Below the pieces are notes generated by a model. It was not told the origin of the DNA and ran no database searches. It worked only from the letters and a program-made list of their open reading frames with translations. This document shows, piece by piece, positions 47,567-58,304 of a DNA stretch of 63,886 nt (position 1 is its first letter; each line of letters starts with the position of its first letter). The translations under genes and the position numbers were made by a program. Source of the DNA: Sandaracinaceae bacterium (GTDB taxonomy: Bacteria > Myxococcota_A > Polyangia > Polyangiales > Sandaracinaceae); contig JBGAQA010000035.1 in assembly GCA_044220955.1 (NCBI GenBank), forward strand, positions 1 through 63,886, read 5' to 3'.

Positions 47567-48220
47567 TCACACGTATCCGGCCTTGCGGAGCAGATCCATC
47601 GTGACGCCCGTCTCGCCGGGCGGGACGCCGTCGACGCCGGGGCGGCCCAGCAGGCGGGCGACGTACTTCGCCAGCACGTCGACCTCGACGTTCACGCGCG
47701 CGCCGGGGCCGCGGGCGCCCAGGTGCGTCGCGGCCTGCGTCACGGGCACGAGCACGACGTCGAAGCGCGCGCCCGCCGCGCGGTTGACCGTGAGGCTGAC
47801 GCCGTCGATCGCGATCGAGCCCTTGGGCGCGACGAAGGGCGCGAGGTCCGGAGGTACCTCGAAGGCGACCTCGAGCGCGTCGCCGAGCGCGCACTTCGAG
47901 ACCACGTGCCCCACGCCGTCGACGTGGCCGGTCACGAGGTGGCCACCGAGGCGCTGATCGGCACGCATCGCCCGCTCGAGGTGCACCGGATCACCGCCCG
48001 CGCGCTCACCGAGCACCGTGAGCCGGAGCGTCTCGGCGGAGGCCTCGGCCGAGAACCACCCCGCGCCGTGCCCGGTCACGCTCAGACAGCAGCCGTCCAC
48101 CGCGATCGACTCGCCGTGCTCGTAGCCCTCGTAGGAACACGCCACGCGGATCGTCGCGCCGGGGCCCCGCCGCTCGACTCGCTCCACCGTCCCGACCGTC
48201 TGCACCAGGCCCGTGAACAT
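47567..48220 (-). CDS. ribE: Riboflavin synthase (alpha chain)
   Basis: [44 protein letters not shown]. Confidence 0.96.
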   Translation of the reverse strand: MFTGLVQTVGTVERVERRGPGATIRVACSYEGYEHGESIAVDGCCLSVTGHGAGWFSAEASAETLRLTVLGERAGGDPVHLERAMRADQRLGGHLVTGHVDGVGHVVSKCALGDALEVAFEVPPDLAPFVAPKGSIAIDGVSLTVNRAAGARFDVVLVPVTQAATHLGARGPGARVNVEVDVLAKYVARLLGRPGVDGVPPGETGVTMDLLRKAGYV

Positions 48221-48227
48221 CTCCGCC

Positions 48228-49343
48228 TCAGAAGCGCGCGCTCGCGAACCGCGCATCGATCCGTACGTCGTTTCCGACGGCGCGCACGCTCGAAAGCTCG
48301 AGCCGCGTCGCCGCAGCGACAGTGTCCGGGGGGTGCGGGCGCTCGGCCAGGGACCGCGCCTGCCGATCCGCGAGGACCAGCGGGGCGAGGAAGAGCACCG
48401 CGCGATCGGCCAGGCCCGCCTCGATCAGCGCGCCGTGAACGCGCGCGCCACCCTCGACGAGCACGCGAAGCAGCTCGCGCCGGCCGAGCTCGCGAAGGAC
48501 GGCCTCGAGGTCGAGGACGCCCCCCGGGCCGACGGGGCAAGCGATCAGCTCGACGCCTTCGCGCCCGAGCGCCGCCCCGCCCCGCGCCTCGGGCCCGTGC
48601 ACGATCCACGTCGGGCTCTCCGACTCGTGCGTGACGACGCTCGCGCCCGGCGGCGTGCGCAGGTGGGTGTCGAGCACGATCCGGATCGGGTCCTGGCCCG
48701 GGACGAGGCGCACGTCGAGCCGCGGATCGTCGGCGAGCACCGTGCCCACTCCGACCATCACGGCGCCGCACGCGTCGCGGAGCGCGTGCCCCTCGGCGCG
48801 CGCCGGCTCACCCGTGATCCACTTGGAGTCTCCCGTGCGCGTCGCGATCCGGCCATCGAGCGTCGCCGCGGCCTTCAGCACGGTCAGCGGCCGCCCGAGC
48901 GTGGCGAGCGTGGCGAAGTCGGCGATGCGCTCGGCGCCCTGCTCCGCGCACACGCCCTCGTCGACCTGCACGCCGGCCGCCCGCAGTCGATCGAGCCCCG
49001 TCTGGGGGCCGTGCGTCTTCGGGTCCCTGGCCGCGATCACGACGCGCGCGATCCCCGCGGCGAGGATCGCGTCCGTGCAGGGCGGCGTCCGGCCGTGGTG
49101 GTTGCAGGGCTCGAGCGAGCAGTAGAGCGTGGCCCCCCGGGCGCGCGAGCCCGCCTGAGAGAGCGCCATCACCTCGGCGTGGGCGTGCCCTGCCCGCTCG
49201 TGGTGCCCACGGGCGATCACCTGATCGCCACGCGCGACGACCGCGCCGACGTGCGGGTTCGGTGCCGTCCGCCCGCGATCGGCCTCGGCGAGCGCGATCG
49301 CCATCAGCCGAGCGTCGAGCTCGCTGGCCTCGCCCATGCTCAC
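48228..49343 (-). CDS. ribD: Bifunctional pyrimidine deaminase/reductase
   Basis: [32 protein letters not shown]. Confidence 0.96.
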   Translation of the reverse strand: MSMGEASELDARLMAIALAEADRGRTAPNPHVGAVVARGDQVIARGHHERAGHAHAEVMALSQAGSRARGATLYCSLEPCNHHGRTPPCTDAILAAGIARVVIAARDPKTHGPQTGLDRLRAAGVQVDEGVCAEQGAERIADFATLATLGRPLTVLKAAATLDGRIATRTGDSKWITGEPARAEGHALRDACGAVMVGVGTVLADDPRLDVRLVPGQDPIRIVLDTHLRTPPGASVVTHESESPTWIVHGPEARGGAALGREGVELIACPVGPGGVLDLEAVLRELGRRELLRVLVEGGARVHGALIEAGLADRAVLFLAPLVLADRQARSLAERPHPPDTVAAATRLELSSVRAVGNDVRIDARFASARF

Positions 49344-49810
49344 TCCGGACGCGTGGCCGGAACGTCGCGCAGATCGCGGAGCTCGGCCATGAACTGCTCG
49401 ACGTCGTCGAACGAGCGGTAGACGCTGGCGAATCGCACGTAGGCCACGCGATCGAGGTCGCGAAGGGCGACGAGCACCTTCTCACCGATGGCGCGCGACG
49501 TCGTCTCCTTGTCCCCCGACTCCACCAGGCCTCGCTCGACCGCGTCCACGAGCCGCTCGAGCGCCTCGCTCGACACGGGGCGCTTCTGGCAGGCCCGCTG
49601 GAGGCCCGCGAGGAGCTTCTGGCGATCGAAGGGCTCGCGCCGGCCGTCCTTCTTGACGACGAACGGGAGCACCTGCTCGACGCGCTCGTAGGTCGTGTAC
49701 CGCCGCCCGCATCCGTCGCACTCGCGACGCCGCCGCGTGACCTCGCCGCCCGCCGAGAGGCGCGAGTCGATCACCCGGTTATCGAGCGTGGTGCAGAACG
49801 GGCAGCGCAC
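49340..49810 (-). CDS. nrdR: Transcriptional repressor NrdR
   Basis: CPFC...VIDSR...[25 protein letters not shown]. Confidence 0.97.
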   Translation of the reverse strand: MRCPFCTTLDNRVIDSRLSAGGEVTRRRRECDGCGRRYTTYERVEQVLPFVVKKDGRREPFDRQKLLAGLQRACQKRPVSSEALERLVDAVERGLVESGDKETTSRAIGEKVLVALRDLDRVAYVRFASVYRSFDDVEQFMAELRDLRDVPATRPE

Positions 49811-49821
49811 GAGAGCCGCCT

Positions 49822-51102
49822 CTACCGCCGCGAGGGGCGCGCCGCAACACCCGCGCGCTCGAAGCGCGCGACCACCTCCACGTGCGAGGTCTGAGGGAAC
49901 ATGTCCAGGGCCCGGACGTGCGCGAGGCGATACCCCCCCGCGACGAGCATCCTGCCGTCCCGACCCAGCGACTCCGGGTCGCAGCTCACGTACGCGATGC
50001 GGGCGGGTGCCAGCGCGACGAGCGGCGCCACCGCGTCGCGCGCCCCGTCCCGCGGTGGGTCGAGGAGCGCGACGTCGATCGTGCCGCGCGGGATCGCGGC
50101 GACGGCGCGAGCGGAATCATCCGCGATCACCCTCGCCTCGAGCCCGTGTGCATCGAGGTTGAACCTCAGGCACGCCGCCGCCGCGGCATCGCGCTCGACG
50201 GCGACGACGGCCGCCGCGCGGGCCGCCAGACCGAGCGTGAAGTTGCCGTGCCCCGCGTAGAGCTCGAGCACGCGGGCGCCCTCGGGGGCAGCCGCGTCGA
50301 GGGCGGCGGCCGCCAGCGCGCGATTGTGCTCGGCGTGCGCCTGGCCGAACCCACCGAGCGGGACGCGCAGCGTGCGTCCGTCTGCGTCCGTGGTCTCTTC
50401 GTGTCCCGCGCCGAACGTGGCGGCAGCCGTCGCCCCGCCGGCGAGCAGCGCGACACCGGCGAGCGCCCCGCCCTGCACGAGATCGGCGAGCGTGGCGTAG
50501 AGCGCTGCAGGCTGCGGGTCGCGCGTCTCGAGCGCGAGCGTCGGCCGTCCCGACGCCTGGCCGATCCGGATCTCGCCCGCGCCAGCGAGGCGAGCCCCGA
50601 GACGCTCGCGCACCAGCCCGAGCGCCGCGTCGAGCTCGGGCGTGAGCACCGCGCAGCGCGCGACGTCGACGACCCCGCGGCTCGCGTCGGCCCGGTACCC
50701 GATCGCTCCGTTCGCCCACGCGAGCCGCGCGCGTCCTCGGTAGCGGAAGAGCGCCGCGGGCGAGTCGAGCTCGATCGAGAGATCGCCTGCCACGCCCGAG
50801 AGCGCGCGGCGGACGCGGTCGAGCTTGGTCTCCCTCTGTAGGCGTGCGCTCGCGTGCATCAGCGGGCAGCCGCCGCAGGCCGGGGCGTACGGACAGGAGG
50901 GCTCGACGCGCGAGGACGAGGCCTCGATGATCTCGAGCAGGCGCCCACGACGCACGCGGCCGCGCCCGACCTCTTCGATGCGGACGCGCTCGCCCGGGAG
51001 CACGCCGCGGACGAGCACGATCGCTCCCCCGTCGAGGACCACGGCACCGTCGCCCTCGGTCCCGAGGCCGCGGACGACGCCCTCGCGCGGCCTGCCGCTC
51101 AC
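49822..51102 (-). CDS. RNA (uracil-5)-methyltransferase, RlmD/TrmA family
   Basis: TRAM-like N-terminus; [11 protein letters not shown]e-S motif; [28 protein letters not shown]. Confidence 0.9.
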   Translation of the reverse strand: MSGRPREGVVRGLGTEGDGAVVLDGGAIVLVRGVLPGERVRIEEVGRGRVRRGRLLEIIEASSSRVEPSCPYAPACGGCPLMHASARLQRETKLDRVRRALSGVAGDLSIELDSPAALFRYRGRARLAWANGAIGYRADASRGVVDVARCAVLTPELDAALGLVRERLGARLAGAGEIRIGQASGRPTLALETRDPQPAALYATLADLVQGGALAGVALLAGGATAAATFGAGHEETTDADGRTLRVPLGGFGQAHAEHNRALAAAALDAAAPEGARVLELYAGHGNFTLGLAARAAAVVAVERDAAAAACLRFNLDAHGLEARVIADDSARAVAAIPRGTIDVALLDPPRDGARDAVAPLVALAPARIAYVSCDPESLGRDGRMLVAGGYRLAHVRALDMFPQTSHVEVVARFERAGVAARPSRR

Positions 51103-51707
51103 GGGAAGTGCTGCGCCGGACGTCCGCGTTGATAGAAGAACGACAGATCCCCGTCGATCTGCGCGAACCGCTCCCCCGGCGCCTCGGCGTCCTCGAAGCG
51201 CACCCCGGTGAAGTCGGCTGCGATGTGCAGCGCGTTCGGATCCACGTCGGGCGCGTAGATCGCGTGGAAGACGATGGAGCCACGGACGGCCTCGAGGATG
51301 GCCGGCACCGTGAAGAACTCGGCGCTCGGCAGCCCCGAGGGACAGCTCTGCCCGAGGTAGAACGTCATCTGCACCGGCTGGCCCGGGCCGATCGCGAGCG
51401 GCGCGCCCAGCTGGCCCGCCACCACGTCGACGTCCCTGACCGCGACCGAGACCCCGTCGCTCGACCACTCGCCGTAGCTGCCGCGCTGCATGCGGAGGTT
51501 CAGGGTGCGCCGGCGGAACCCGGCGGCGGTCGCCGGATCCTCGACGAAATCGGCCACGAAGAAGTCGGGGCGCAGATCGAAGCTCGTCGTCGAGAGCCGG
51601 CACTCCGGGAAGCTCACGGCGCCCCGCGCGGAGCCGGTGCCCTGACCGACGGAGCACGCGAGCGTCACGAGCGCCGCGGCGAGCGCCGTCCACGCGCCGT
51701 GTCTCAC
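51099..51707 (-). CDS. Hypothetical lipoprotein
   Basis: GTGA overlaps on both sides; lipobox TLAC; ends [13 protein letters not shown]. Confidence 0.72.
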   Translation of the reverse strand: MRHGAWTALAAALVTLACSVGQGTGSARGAVSFPECRLSTTSFDLRPDFFVADFVEDPATAAGFRRRTLNLRMQRGSYGEWSSDGVSVAVRDVDVVAGQLGAPLAIGPGQPVQMTFYLGQSCPSGLPSAEFFTVPAILEAVRGSIVFHAIYAPDVDPNALHIAADFTGVRFEDAEAPGERFAQIDGDLSFFYQRGRPAQHFP

Positions 51708-52774
51708 GCGATCGCTCCCCGGATGACGCCGCCGCCGAGCACCATGTCGCCATCGTACACGACGGCCGCCTGGCCCCGCGCGACGGCGCGCTGCGGCTGG
51801 GCGAAGCGCGCGACGAACCCGCCCTGCGCATCGAGCTCGATCCGTGCGTCCGCGGGCGCGTGGTGGTGACGGATCTGGATCTGCGCGTCGAACGAGGACC
51901 GAGGCGCGCCCGCCGCGCGGATCCAGCACGCCTCGTCGGCCACGAGCGCGCTGGCGTAGAGCGCCCCCTCGCCTCCGACGACGACGTCGCCGCGGTCGGA
52001 CAGCACGCGGAGCACGTAGCGCGGCGGCCCGCCGCCGAGCCCGAGCCCGCGCCGCTGGCCGACGGTGAAGCGATGCACGCCCTCGTGCTCGCCGATCGCG
52101 CGCCCGCTCTCGTCCCGGATCGCGCCGGGCACGCCGCGGCCGCCCTCCCGCTCGACGAAGCCGCCGACGTCGCCGTCGGGAACGAAGCAGAGCTCTTGCG
52201 AGTCGCGCTTCTCCCAGTTGGGCACGCGCAGGCGCCTGCCCTCCTCGCGCACGCGCGGCTTGTCCATGCCGCCGACGGGGAACACGAGGCGCGCGAGGAT
52301 GCCGGCGGGGACACCGAAGAGGAAGTAGCTCTGGTCCTTGCGCGGATCGGCTCCGCGACGGAGCACGCCGCCCTCGAGCCGCGCGTAGTGGCCGGTCGCG
52401 ATGCGCGAGCACCCCATCGCGTCGGCGAGCTGCGCGAGGCGACCGAGCTTGACGTGCTGGTTGCAGGACACGCAGGGGCTGGGTGTCGCGCCCGACGCGT
52501 AGCCCCGCACGAAGGGATCGACGACGGTCCGCCGGAACGCCTCGCGCTCGTCGACGACGTAGTGCGGGATCCCCAGCGCGTCGCAGGTGCGCCGCGCGTC
52601 CTCGCGATCCTCGGGCGCACAGCAGCGCCCGACCTTCTGCTCGCCGGACGCGTCCCAGAGGTGCAGCGTCACCCCGACGCACGCGAGGCCCTGCTCTTGG
52701 AGCAGCGCCGCGGCGACCGACGAGTCGACGCCGCCGGACATCGCCACCAGGATGCGCTCGGAGGACACGGTCAC
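51704..52774 (-). CDS. mnmA: tRNA-specific 2-thiouridylase
   Basis: AMSGGVDSS, TPSPCVSCN, ATGHYA, KDQSYFL, SQELCF, TVGQRRGL. Confidence 0.96.
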   Translation of the reverse strand: MTVSSERILVAMSGGVDSSVAAALLQEQGLACVGVTLHLWDASGEQKVGRCCAPEDREDARRTCDALGIPHYVVDEREAFRRTVVDPFVRGYASGATPSPCVSCNQHVKLGRLAQLADAMGCSRIATGHYARLEGGVLRRGADPRKDQSYFLFGVPAGILARLVFPVGGMDKPRVREEGRRLRVPNWEKRDSQELCFVPDGDVGGFVEREGGRGVPGAIRDESGRAIGEHEGVHRFTVGQRRGLGLGGGPPRYVLRVLSDRGDVVVGGEGALYASALVADEACWIRAAGAPRSSFDAQIQIRHHHAPADARIELDAQGGFVARFAQPQRAVARGQAAVVYDGDMVLGGGVIRGAIA

Positions 52775-52810
52775 GATTCGTGCGAGGGATCGGTCCCCGC
52801 AGCAAGGACG

Positions 52811-52842
52811 GAAAGCGAAAGGGCGACCCTTCGGCCGCCCTT
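52811..52842 (-). terminator. Rho-independent terminator downstream of the 52875-53489 lipoprotein gene
   Basis: Minus strand GGGCGGCC-GAAG-GGTCGCCC followed by TTTCGCTTTC. Confidence 0.65.
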
Positions 52843-52874
52843 CCCGCTCGCGCGCTCGCGCGGAGGCTGCCCGC

Positions 52875-53489
52875 TCAGCCGCCGAAGCAGCTGCTCGCGA
52901 GCGTGTTGTAGGCCGCCTGCACCGCCGACATGTTGGCCGAGATGCAGGTGTCGATCGCCATGTACTCGGTCGGGCAGCCCGTCATGCCGCTCGTGCCGGC
53001 GGGCAGCGCCGCGGCGCACGTCAGGTACGCGCTGAACTGGCTGTCGCAGCTCTGGTCGATCGCCGCGTTGAGCTGCCAGTCGAGGCAGCCGTACGTGTCC
53101 GTCGAGTTGCCACCGCAGCTGATCGACACCGTGGCCATGCCGTCGGTGACCATGACCGTCGGGGTGCGATCCGCCGCGAGCGCCGCGTCGATGCACGCCT
53201 GCGCGGCCGTCTGGTCCGCCATCATCGCGCAGGTGTTGTACTGGTTGCCCGTCGCGGTCGTGCAGCGCGGCAGGCAGCTCGCCGGGAGCGCCGGCCACAC
53301 GCCGGTACCGCTCAGTGTGCCGCACGTCGTGCCCATCATCCCCATGTCGCGACCGACCGGGCCGGTGTCGCGGCCGCCGCCGCCCGTGTCGGTGAGGACG
53401 ATTCCGCCGCTGTCCACCAGGCTGGGCCCACGGCCGTTGTTGCAGGCCAACATCCCGAGCGCGACCACCACCAGTGCAACCTTGTTCAT
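52875..53489 (-). CDS. Cys-rich lipoprotein
   Basis: MNKVALVVVALGMLAC lipobox; GGAGG SD; own terminator. Confidence 0.85.
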   Translation of the reverse strand: MNKVALVVVALGMLACNNGRGPSLVDSGGIVLTDTGGGGRDTGPVGRDMGMMGTTCGTLSGTGVWPALPASCLPRCTTATGNQYNTCAMMADQTAAQACIDAALAADRTPTVMVTDGMATVSISCGGNSTDTYGCLDWQLNAAIDQSCDSQFSAYLTCAAALPAGTSGMTGCPTEYMAIDTCISANMSAVQAAYNTLASSCFGG

Positions 53490-53529
53490 CTGATCCTCCA
53501 GCGTCCCCAACGAAGGCGCGCACGCTACA

Positions 53530-53630
53530 CGCCGCGACCGTGCCTGCAAACCAAAACGCGCCCCGGTCTTCCCGACACGCGTGAGACGACTCACGGACGG
53601 GCCGGTGCGGCTGGGGGCACGGTCGCGGCG
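53530..53630. repeat. Perfect 15-bp inverted repeat bracketing 71 bp of divergent intergenic DNA
   Basis: CGCCGCGACCGTGCC (53530-53544) and GGCACGGTCGCGGCG (53616-53630). Confidence 0.85.
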
Positions 53631-54173
53631 ATGCCGACGAAGAAGCCCGCGCCCCGGAAGAGGACCCCACCGGCCGCGAAGCCCGCGAAGGCGAAGGCCG
53701 TCCCGACGCCCGACGTCGGCGCGCTGGCGGAGGGCGACGCGGCCCCGGACTTCTCTCTCCAAGGCGACGACGGCGAGGCGCACGCGCTCTCGGACTACCG
53801 CGGCAAGAACGTGGTCGTGTACTTCTACCCGCGCGACGAGACGCCCGGCTGCACCGTCGAGGCGCAGGACTTCCGCGCGGCCAAGGCCCAGCTGGCGCGG
53901 CGCAGCGCGGTCGTGCTCGGCGTCAGCCGCGACTCGATCGCTTCGCACTGCCGCTTCAAGGCCAAGCACGACCTGAACTTCACGCTGCTGTCCGACCCCG
54001 ATGCGAAGGTGATCGCGCGCTGGGGCGCGTGGGGCGAGAAGATCATGTACGGCAACAGGTCGATGGGGATCGTCCGCACGACCGTGATCGTGGGCCCGGA
54101 CGGACGCGTGAAGAAGGTGTTCCCGAAGGTCAAGGTCGCGGGGCACGTCGAGGCTGTCCTCGCGAGCCTGTGA
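53631..54173 (+). CDS. bcp: Peroxiredoxin (BCP/PrxQ)
   Basis: APDFSL, YFYPRDETPGCTVEA, GVSRDS, LLSD. Confidence 0.93.
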   Translation: MPTKKPAPRKRTPPAAKPAKAKAVPTPDVGALAEGDAAPDFSLQGDDGEAHALSDYRGKNVVVYFYPRDETPGCTVEAQDFRAAKAQLARRSAVVLGVSRDSIASHCRFKAKHDLNFTLLSDPDAKVIARWGAWGEKIMYGNRSMGIVRTTVIVGPDGRVKKVFPKVKVAGHVEAVLASL

Positions 54174-54211
54174 GCACGCCCGTGATGTACGTTCGTTGGG
54201 GAGAGGTGAAC

Positions 54212-55333
54212 ATGCGCGCTTCCAGCTTCGTGGCCCTGGCCCTGCTCGTCGCGCTCGTCGCGAGCGCAGGCTGCTCGAACCAGCCGGTCGCGGCGTGCAC
54301 GCCGGCATGCGTCGGCAGCCAGGTGTGCTGCGCGGTGGCCGGGCACAGCCGCTGCCTCGACACGCTCGTCGACACCCAGAACTGCGGCACGTGCGGCAAC
54401 GCGTGCGCGTCGGGCCAGGCGTGCTCGCTCGGACGCTGCGTCGCCGCGGTGGACTCCGGCACGGGCGGGATGGACGGCGGCCGCGACGGTGGGCCCATGG
54501 GCAGCTGCCGGCCCTCGTGTGCCTCGGGCTCGATGTGCTGCGGCACGACCTGCGTGTCGGCCACGGGGATCGGCACGGGCGACGCGCGCTCGGATCCGAG
54601 CTTCCAGAACTGCCGCGTGTGCGGCTCCGCGTGCGACGCGGCGACGGCGAGCCGCTGCGGCCTGCCGATGGGCACGACCTCGGGCGCACCGACGTGCCTG
54701 TGCGGCAACTCGCCGGCGTGCGCCACGGGCACCATGTGCGAGCTGAGCGGAGGCAGCTTCACCTGCATCAACCACTCGACCGACCCGCGCCACTGCGGCG
54801 ACGCGGGCGTGAGCTGCATGCCCGGCGAGATCTGCATGGACGGGATGTGCACGTGCACCGGCGCGGACGGCGGGACGGGCGGCGTCTGCCCGGGGGGCCT
54901 GCTCTGCACGACGGGCGGCTGCGTGGACACGATGACCGACGAGGCGAACTGCGGGAGCGTCGGCAACGCCTGCCGCGCCGGCGAGACCTGCACCGCCGGC
55001 ACGTGCGGCTGCGGCACCGGCCCGCGCTGCATGGCCGGCGGGCTCGGGATGTGCGGGCAGACCTGCTGCGGCGAGCACTGCGTCTACGTCGACGACTACA
55101 ATTGCGGCGGCTGCGGCGTCGCGTGCACGCCGCCGATGCTCTGCGTCCACCCGCCGCTCGGCGGCATGCCTCACTGCGGGATCGAGGCGGCGTTCGTGGT
55201 CGCGTGCGACGCGCCCGAGGACGCTGCGCCGTCGGACGCCGGCGCGGCTGATGCGGGCAGCGACGCGGGCAGCGACGCCGGCAGCGACGCAGGGGACGAC
55301 GCCTCGGTCGACGCCTACGTCGACCCCGGCTGA
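54212..55333 (+). CDS. Cys-rich repeat lipoprotein (DxxNCGxCGxAC repeats)
   Basis: Lipobox SAGC; about 5 D..(N/H)C...G..C repeats; DAGS-repeat tail. Confidence 0.85.
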   Translation: MRASSFVALALLVALVASAGCSNQPVAACTPACVGSQVCCAVAGHSRCLDTLVDTQNCGTCGNACASGQACSLGRCVAAVDSGTGGMDGGRDGGPMGSCRPSCASGSMCCGTTCVSATGIGTGDARSDPSFQNCRVCGSACDAATASRCGLPMGTTSGAPTCLCGNSPACATGTMCELSGGSFTCINHSTDPRHCGDAGVSCMPGEICMDGMCTCTGADGGTGGVCPGGLLCTTGGCVDTMTDEANCGSVGNACRAGETCTAGTCGCGTGPRCMAGGLGMCGQTCCGEHCVYVDDYNCGGCGVACTPPMLCVHPPLGGMPHCGIEAAFVVACDAPEDAAPSDAGAADAGSDAGSDAGSDAGDDASVDAYVDPG

Positions 55334-55366
55334 TTCTCTGGTAGGCCTGCGGGCCTCCTCGCAGCC

Positions 55367-56305
55367 ATGGCCACCCCCACCGCGCCCGAGCCCCTGGATC
55401 CGAGCTTCCAGCTCCGGCTGCCTGCGTTCGAAGGACCGCTCGATCTCCTGCTCTACCTCGTGCAGAAGCACGATCTGCCGATCCTCGAGCTGCCCGTCGC
55501 GTTCGTGACGGAGCGCTACCTCGCCTACCTCGGGCTGATGCAGGAGATGAACCTCGACATCGCCGCCGAGTACCTGGTGATGGCGGCGACGCTCGCGTAC
55601 ATCAAGAGCAAGATGCTCCTGCCGCCGGACCCTACGGCGGCGGACGACGACTCGCTCGAGGAGGAGGTCGATCCGCGCGCGGAGCTGATCCGGCGCCTCC
55701 TCGAGTACCAGAAGTACAAGCAGGCCGCGGAGGATCTCGCCTCGCGCGGGATGACGGGCCGGGACGTCTTCCTGCGCGGGATGGAGGCGCCCGAGGCGCT
55801 CGGCGAGGCGCCCCTCGCCGGCTTCGGCCTCTTCAAGCTGCTCGACGCCTTCAAGGCGGTGCTCGAGCGCACGAACAAGCAGAGCGCCTTCGCGGTGACC
55901 AGCGAGGGCATCGGCATCCACGATCGCATGCGGCAGCTCGTGGACAGGCTGGCGGAGCGGCGCACGTGTAGCTTCGACGAGCTCTTCGACGACGCGGTGA
56001 CGACCTACGACCTCGTCGTCACCTTCCTCGCGATCCTCGAGATGGCCAAGCGCCGGCTCGCGCGCATCTACCAGTCGGAGCCCATCGCGCCGATCCACCT
56101 CGAGTACACCGTCCTCGCGGAGGGCGACGTGGGCGATGCGCTCGCGGAGCCCCCCACCGCCGACGGCGAGACGTTCGAGGCAGCCGAGGCGAGGCTCGAC
56201 GAGGGCGTGGCGCGCGCGGGCGAGGATCCGCTCGGCCCCGCGCTTGATCCGGAGGACGACGTCGCCCAGAGTGGCGGCCCCGCGATCGCGGGCGACGACG
56301 AATGA
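55367..56305 (+). CDS. scpA: Segregation and condensation protein A
   Basis: [43 protein letters not shown]. Confidence 0.95.
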   Translation: MATPTAPEPLDPSFQLRLPAFEGPLDLLLYLVQKHDLPILELPVAFVTERYLAYLGLMQEMNLDIAAEYLVMAATLAYIKSKMLLPPDPTAADDDSLEEEVDPRAELIRRLLEYQKYKQAAEDLASRGMTGRDVFLRGMEAPEALGEAPLAGFGLFKLLDAFKAVLERTNKQSAFAVTSEGIGIHDRMRQLVDRLAERRTCSFDELFDDAVTTYDLVVTFLAILEMAKRRLARIYQSEPIAPIHLEYTVLAEGDVGDALAEPPTADGETFEAAEARLDEGVARAGEDPLGPALDPEDDVAQSGGPAIAGDDE

Positions 56306-57345
56306 CGAGCCGCCGCAAGAAGAAGGCCCAAGACGAGAAGGTGATCACGAGCACCGAGGTGATCGCCGAGAGCGTCGTCGTGCTCGCGGTCGAGGTCGAG
56401 AGCGTGGGCGAGAGCGCGGTCGAGAGCGCGGTCGAGAGCGTGGGCGAGAGCGCGGGCGAGAGCGCGGGCGAGGTCGAGAGCGACGTCGAAGACGCCCCCC
56501 TCGACACCGACGCGCGCCCGGGCCTCGAGAAAGCTCCGCCGCTGCTCGTCTCGGACAAGCACCTCGAGACCGTCATCGAGTCGCTCATCTTCGTCTCGGA
56601 CCGGCCGCTGCCGGCCAAGAACATCGCGCGCCTGGCGCGGACGAACACCAAGGACGCGCAGCGCATCATCGCCCTGCTCGCCGAGCACTACACCGGGCGC
56701 GGCATCGAGCTCGTCGAGGTCGCCGGCGGCTGGCAGTTCCGCTCGACGGCGTCGAGCGCGCCCTTCGTTCGGGACCTCGTCGCCAAGAAGCCGGTGCGCC
56801 TCACACGCGCGCAGATCGAGACGCTCTCGATCAGCGCGTACCGCCAGCCGATCACACGCCCCGAGATCGACGAGATCCGCGGCGTCGACTCGGGCTCCGC
56901 GATCAAGGTCCTCGTCGAGAAGTCTCTGCTCAAGATCCTCGGGCGCAAGGACGAGCCCGGACGGCCGCTCCTCTACGGGACGACGCCCTACTTCCTCGAG
57001 TTCTTCGGCTTGCCGAGCCTCGCGGACCTGCCGACCCTGCGCGAGCACGCGGAGCTGAGCGACGAGAGCCGCGAGCTCTTCGCGCGGAAGATGGGCGAGA
57101 GCATCGACACCATCGGCGACATCGAGGGCGACGACCACCACTACACGGACGAGGAGATCGAGGCCGCCGAGCAGCAAGCGCGTCCGCCCGAGGACCCGGA
57201 GCAGGCGCCGCTCCCGCTCGACTCCGAGATCCCACCCGCCCCGAGCGCGGCGGACGACGAGGACGACGAGGACGACGAGGACGACGAGGACGACGAGGAC
57301 GACGAGGACGACGAGGACGACGAGGACGACGAGGACGACGAATGA
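56302..57345 (+). CDS. scpB: SMC-Scp complex subunit ScpB with acidic repeat extensions
   Basis: [50 protein letters not shown]. Confidence 0.95.
   Translation: MTSRRKKKAQDEKVITSTEVIAESVVVLAVEVESVGESAVESAVESVGESAGESAGEVESDVEDAPLDTDARPGLEKAPPLLVSDKHLETVIESLIFVSDRPLPAKNIARLARTNTKDAQRIIALLAEHYTGRGIELVEVAGGWQFRSTASSAPFVRDLVAKKPVRLTRAQIETLSISAYRQPITRPEIDEIRGVDSGSAIKVLVEKSLLKILGRKDEPGRPLLYGTTPYFLEFFGLPSLADLPTLREHAELSDESRELFARKMGESIDTIGDIEGDDHHYTDEEIEAAEQQARPPEDPEQAPLPLDSEIPPAPSAADDEDDEDDEDDEDDEDDEDDEDDEDDEDDE
56398..56469 (+). repeat. In-frame 12-bp imperfect tandem repeat (ES[A/V][G/V] x6) in the scpB N-terminus
   Basis: GAGAGCG(T/C)GG(G/T)C units. Confidence 0.8.
57253..57342 (+). repeat. In-frame 9-bp tandem repeat, 10 units, encoding the (DDE)10 tail of ScpB
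   Basis: Nine GACGACGAG units plus a final GACGACGAA whose last base is the A of the glyQ ATG. Confidence 0.95.
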
Positions 57346-58304
57346 CCGCGGCTCCGACGTTCCAGGATCTCATCCTCCGTCTCACCCGATTCTGGGCCGA
57401 TCGCGGCTGCCTCATCGTGCAGCCGTACAACTCCGAGGTGGGCGCGGGCACCTTCAACCCCGCGACCTTCCTGCGCGCCATCGGCCCCGAGCCCTGGAAC
57501 GTCGCGTACGTCGAGCCCTCGCGGCGCCCGACCGACGGCCGCTACGGCGACAACCCGAACCGCCTCCAGCAGTTCCACCAGTACCAGGTGATCCTCAAGC
57601 CCTCGCCGCTCGAGATCCAGGAGCTCTATCTCGACTCGCTGCGCGCGCTCGGCACCGACCCGCGCAAGCACGATCTGCGCTTCGTCGAGGACGACTGGGA
57701 GTCGCCGACGCTCGGCGCCTGGGGCCTCGGCTGGCAGGTCTGGCTCGACGGCCTCGAGATCTCGCAGTTCACCTACTTCCAGCAGGTCGGCGGGATCGAC
57801 TGCAAGCCCATCTCGGGCGAGCTCACCTACGGGCTCGAGCGCATCGCGATGTACCTGCAAGACAAGCCCACCATCTACGAGTGCGAGTACGGCAACGGCG
57901 TCTCGTACGGAGAGATCGCCAAGCGCGCCGAGTGGGAGTGGAGCACCTACAACTTCGAGCGCGCCGACGTGCCGATGCACCTGAAGCTCTTCGACGACTA
58001 CGAGACGCAGGTGCACGCGCTGCTCTCGCTCGATCGCGGCAAGGGAAAGAACAACGCGCTGATCTTCGGCGAGCCGGATCCGCTGAAGCGGCTGCTGCTC
58101 CCCGCGTACGACTGCGTCATCAAGTGCAGCCACACGTTCAACCTGCTCGACGCGCGTGGCGCGATCGGCGTGACCGAGCGGCAGCGCTACATCGGCCGCG
58201 TGCGCCACGTCGCGCGCGCCGTGTGCGAGACCTACCTCGCACAGCGCGAGGCGATGGGCTTCCCGTTGCTGAAGAACGTCGCGAGCGCTGGGGGCGCGAT
58301 CTGA
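57342..58304 (+). CDS. glyQ: Glycine--tRNA ligase alpha subunit
   Basis: [51 protein letters not shown]. Confidence 0.98.
   Translation: MTAAPTFQDLILRLTRFWADRGCLIVQPYNSEVGAGTFNPATFLRAIGPEPWNVAYVEPSRRPTDGRYGDNPNRLQQFHQYQVILKPSPLEIQELYLDSLRALGTDPRKHDLRFVEDDWESPTLGAWGLGWQVWLDGLEISQFTYFQQVGGIDCKPISGELTYGLERIAMYLQDKPTIYECEYGNGVSYGEIAKRAEWEWSTYNFERADVPMHLKLFDDYETQVHALLSLDRGKGKNNALIFGEPDPLKRLLLPAYDCVIKCSHTFNLLDARGAIGVTERQRYIGRVRHVARAVCETYLAQREAMGFPLLKNVASAGGAI

Noticed and set aside
46309..49830. FMN riboswitch near the rib genes
   Set aside because: No RFN consensus is visible, and there is almost no leader upstream of nrdR.
4580..52774. Five RNA-modification genes (rlmB, rlmN, RlmM-like, RlmD-like, mnmA) as a dedicated system
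   Set aside because: They are scattered in separate operons among core genes, consistent with an ordinary housekeeping region.
49822..52805. 932-aa and 568-aa ORFs suggesting mnmA/methyltransferase fusions or frameshifts
   Set aside because: They resolve into three separate genes joined by GTGA overlaps at 51704-51707 and 51099-51102.
57253..57342. Tandem arrays (also 34468, 56398, 30147, 55250) as possible CRISPR
   Set aside because: No unique spacers, units are only 6-15 bp, and there are no cas genes; most are in-frame low-complexity linkers.
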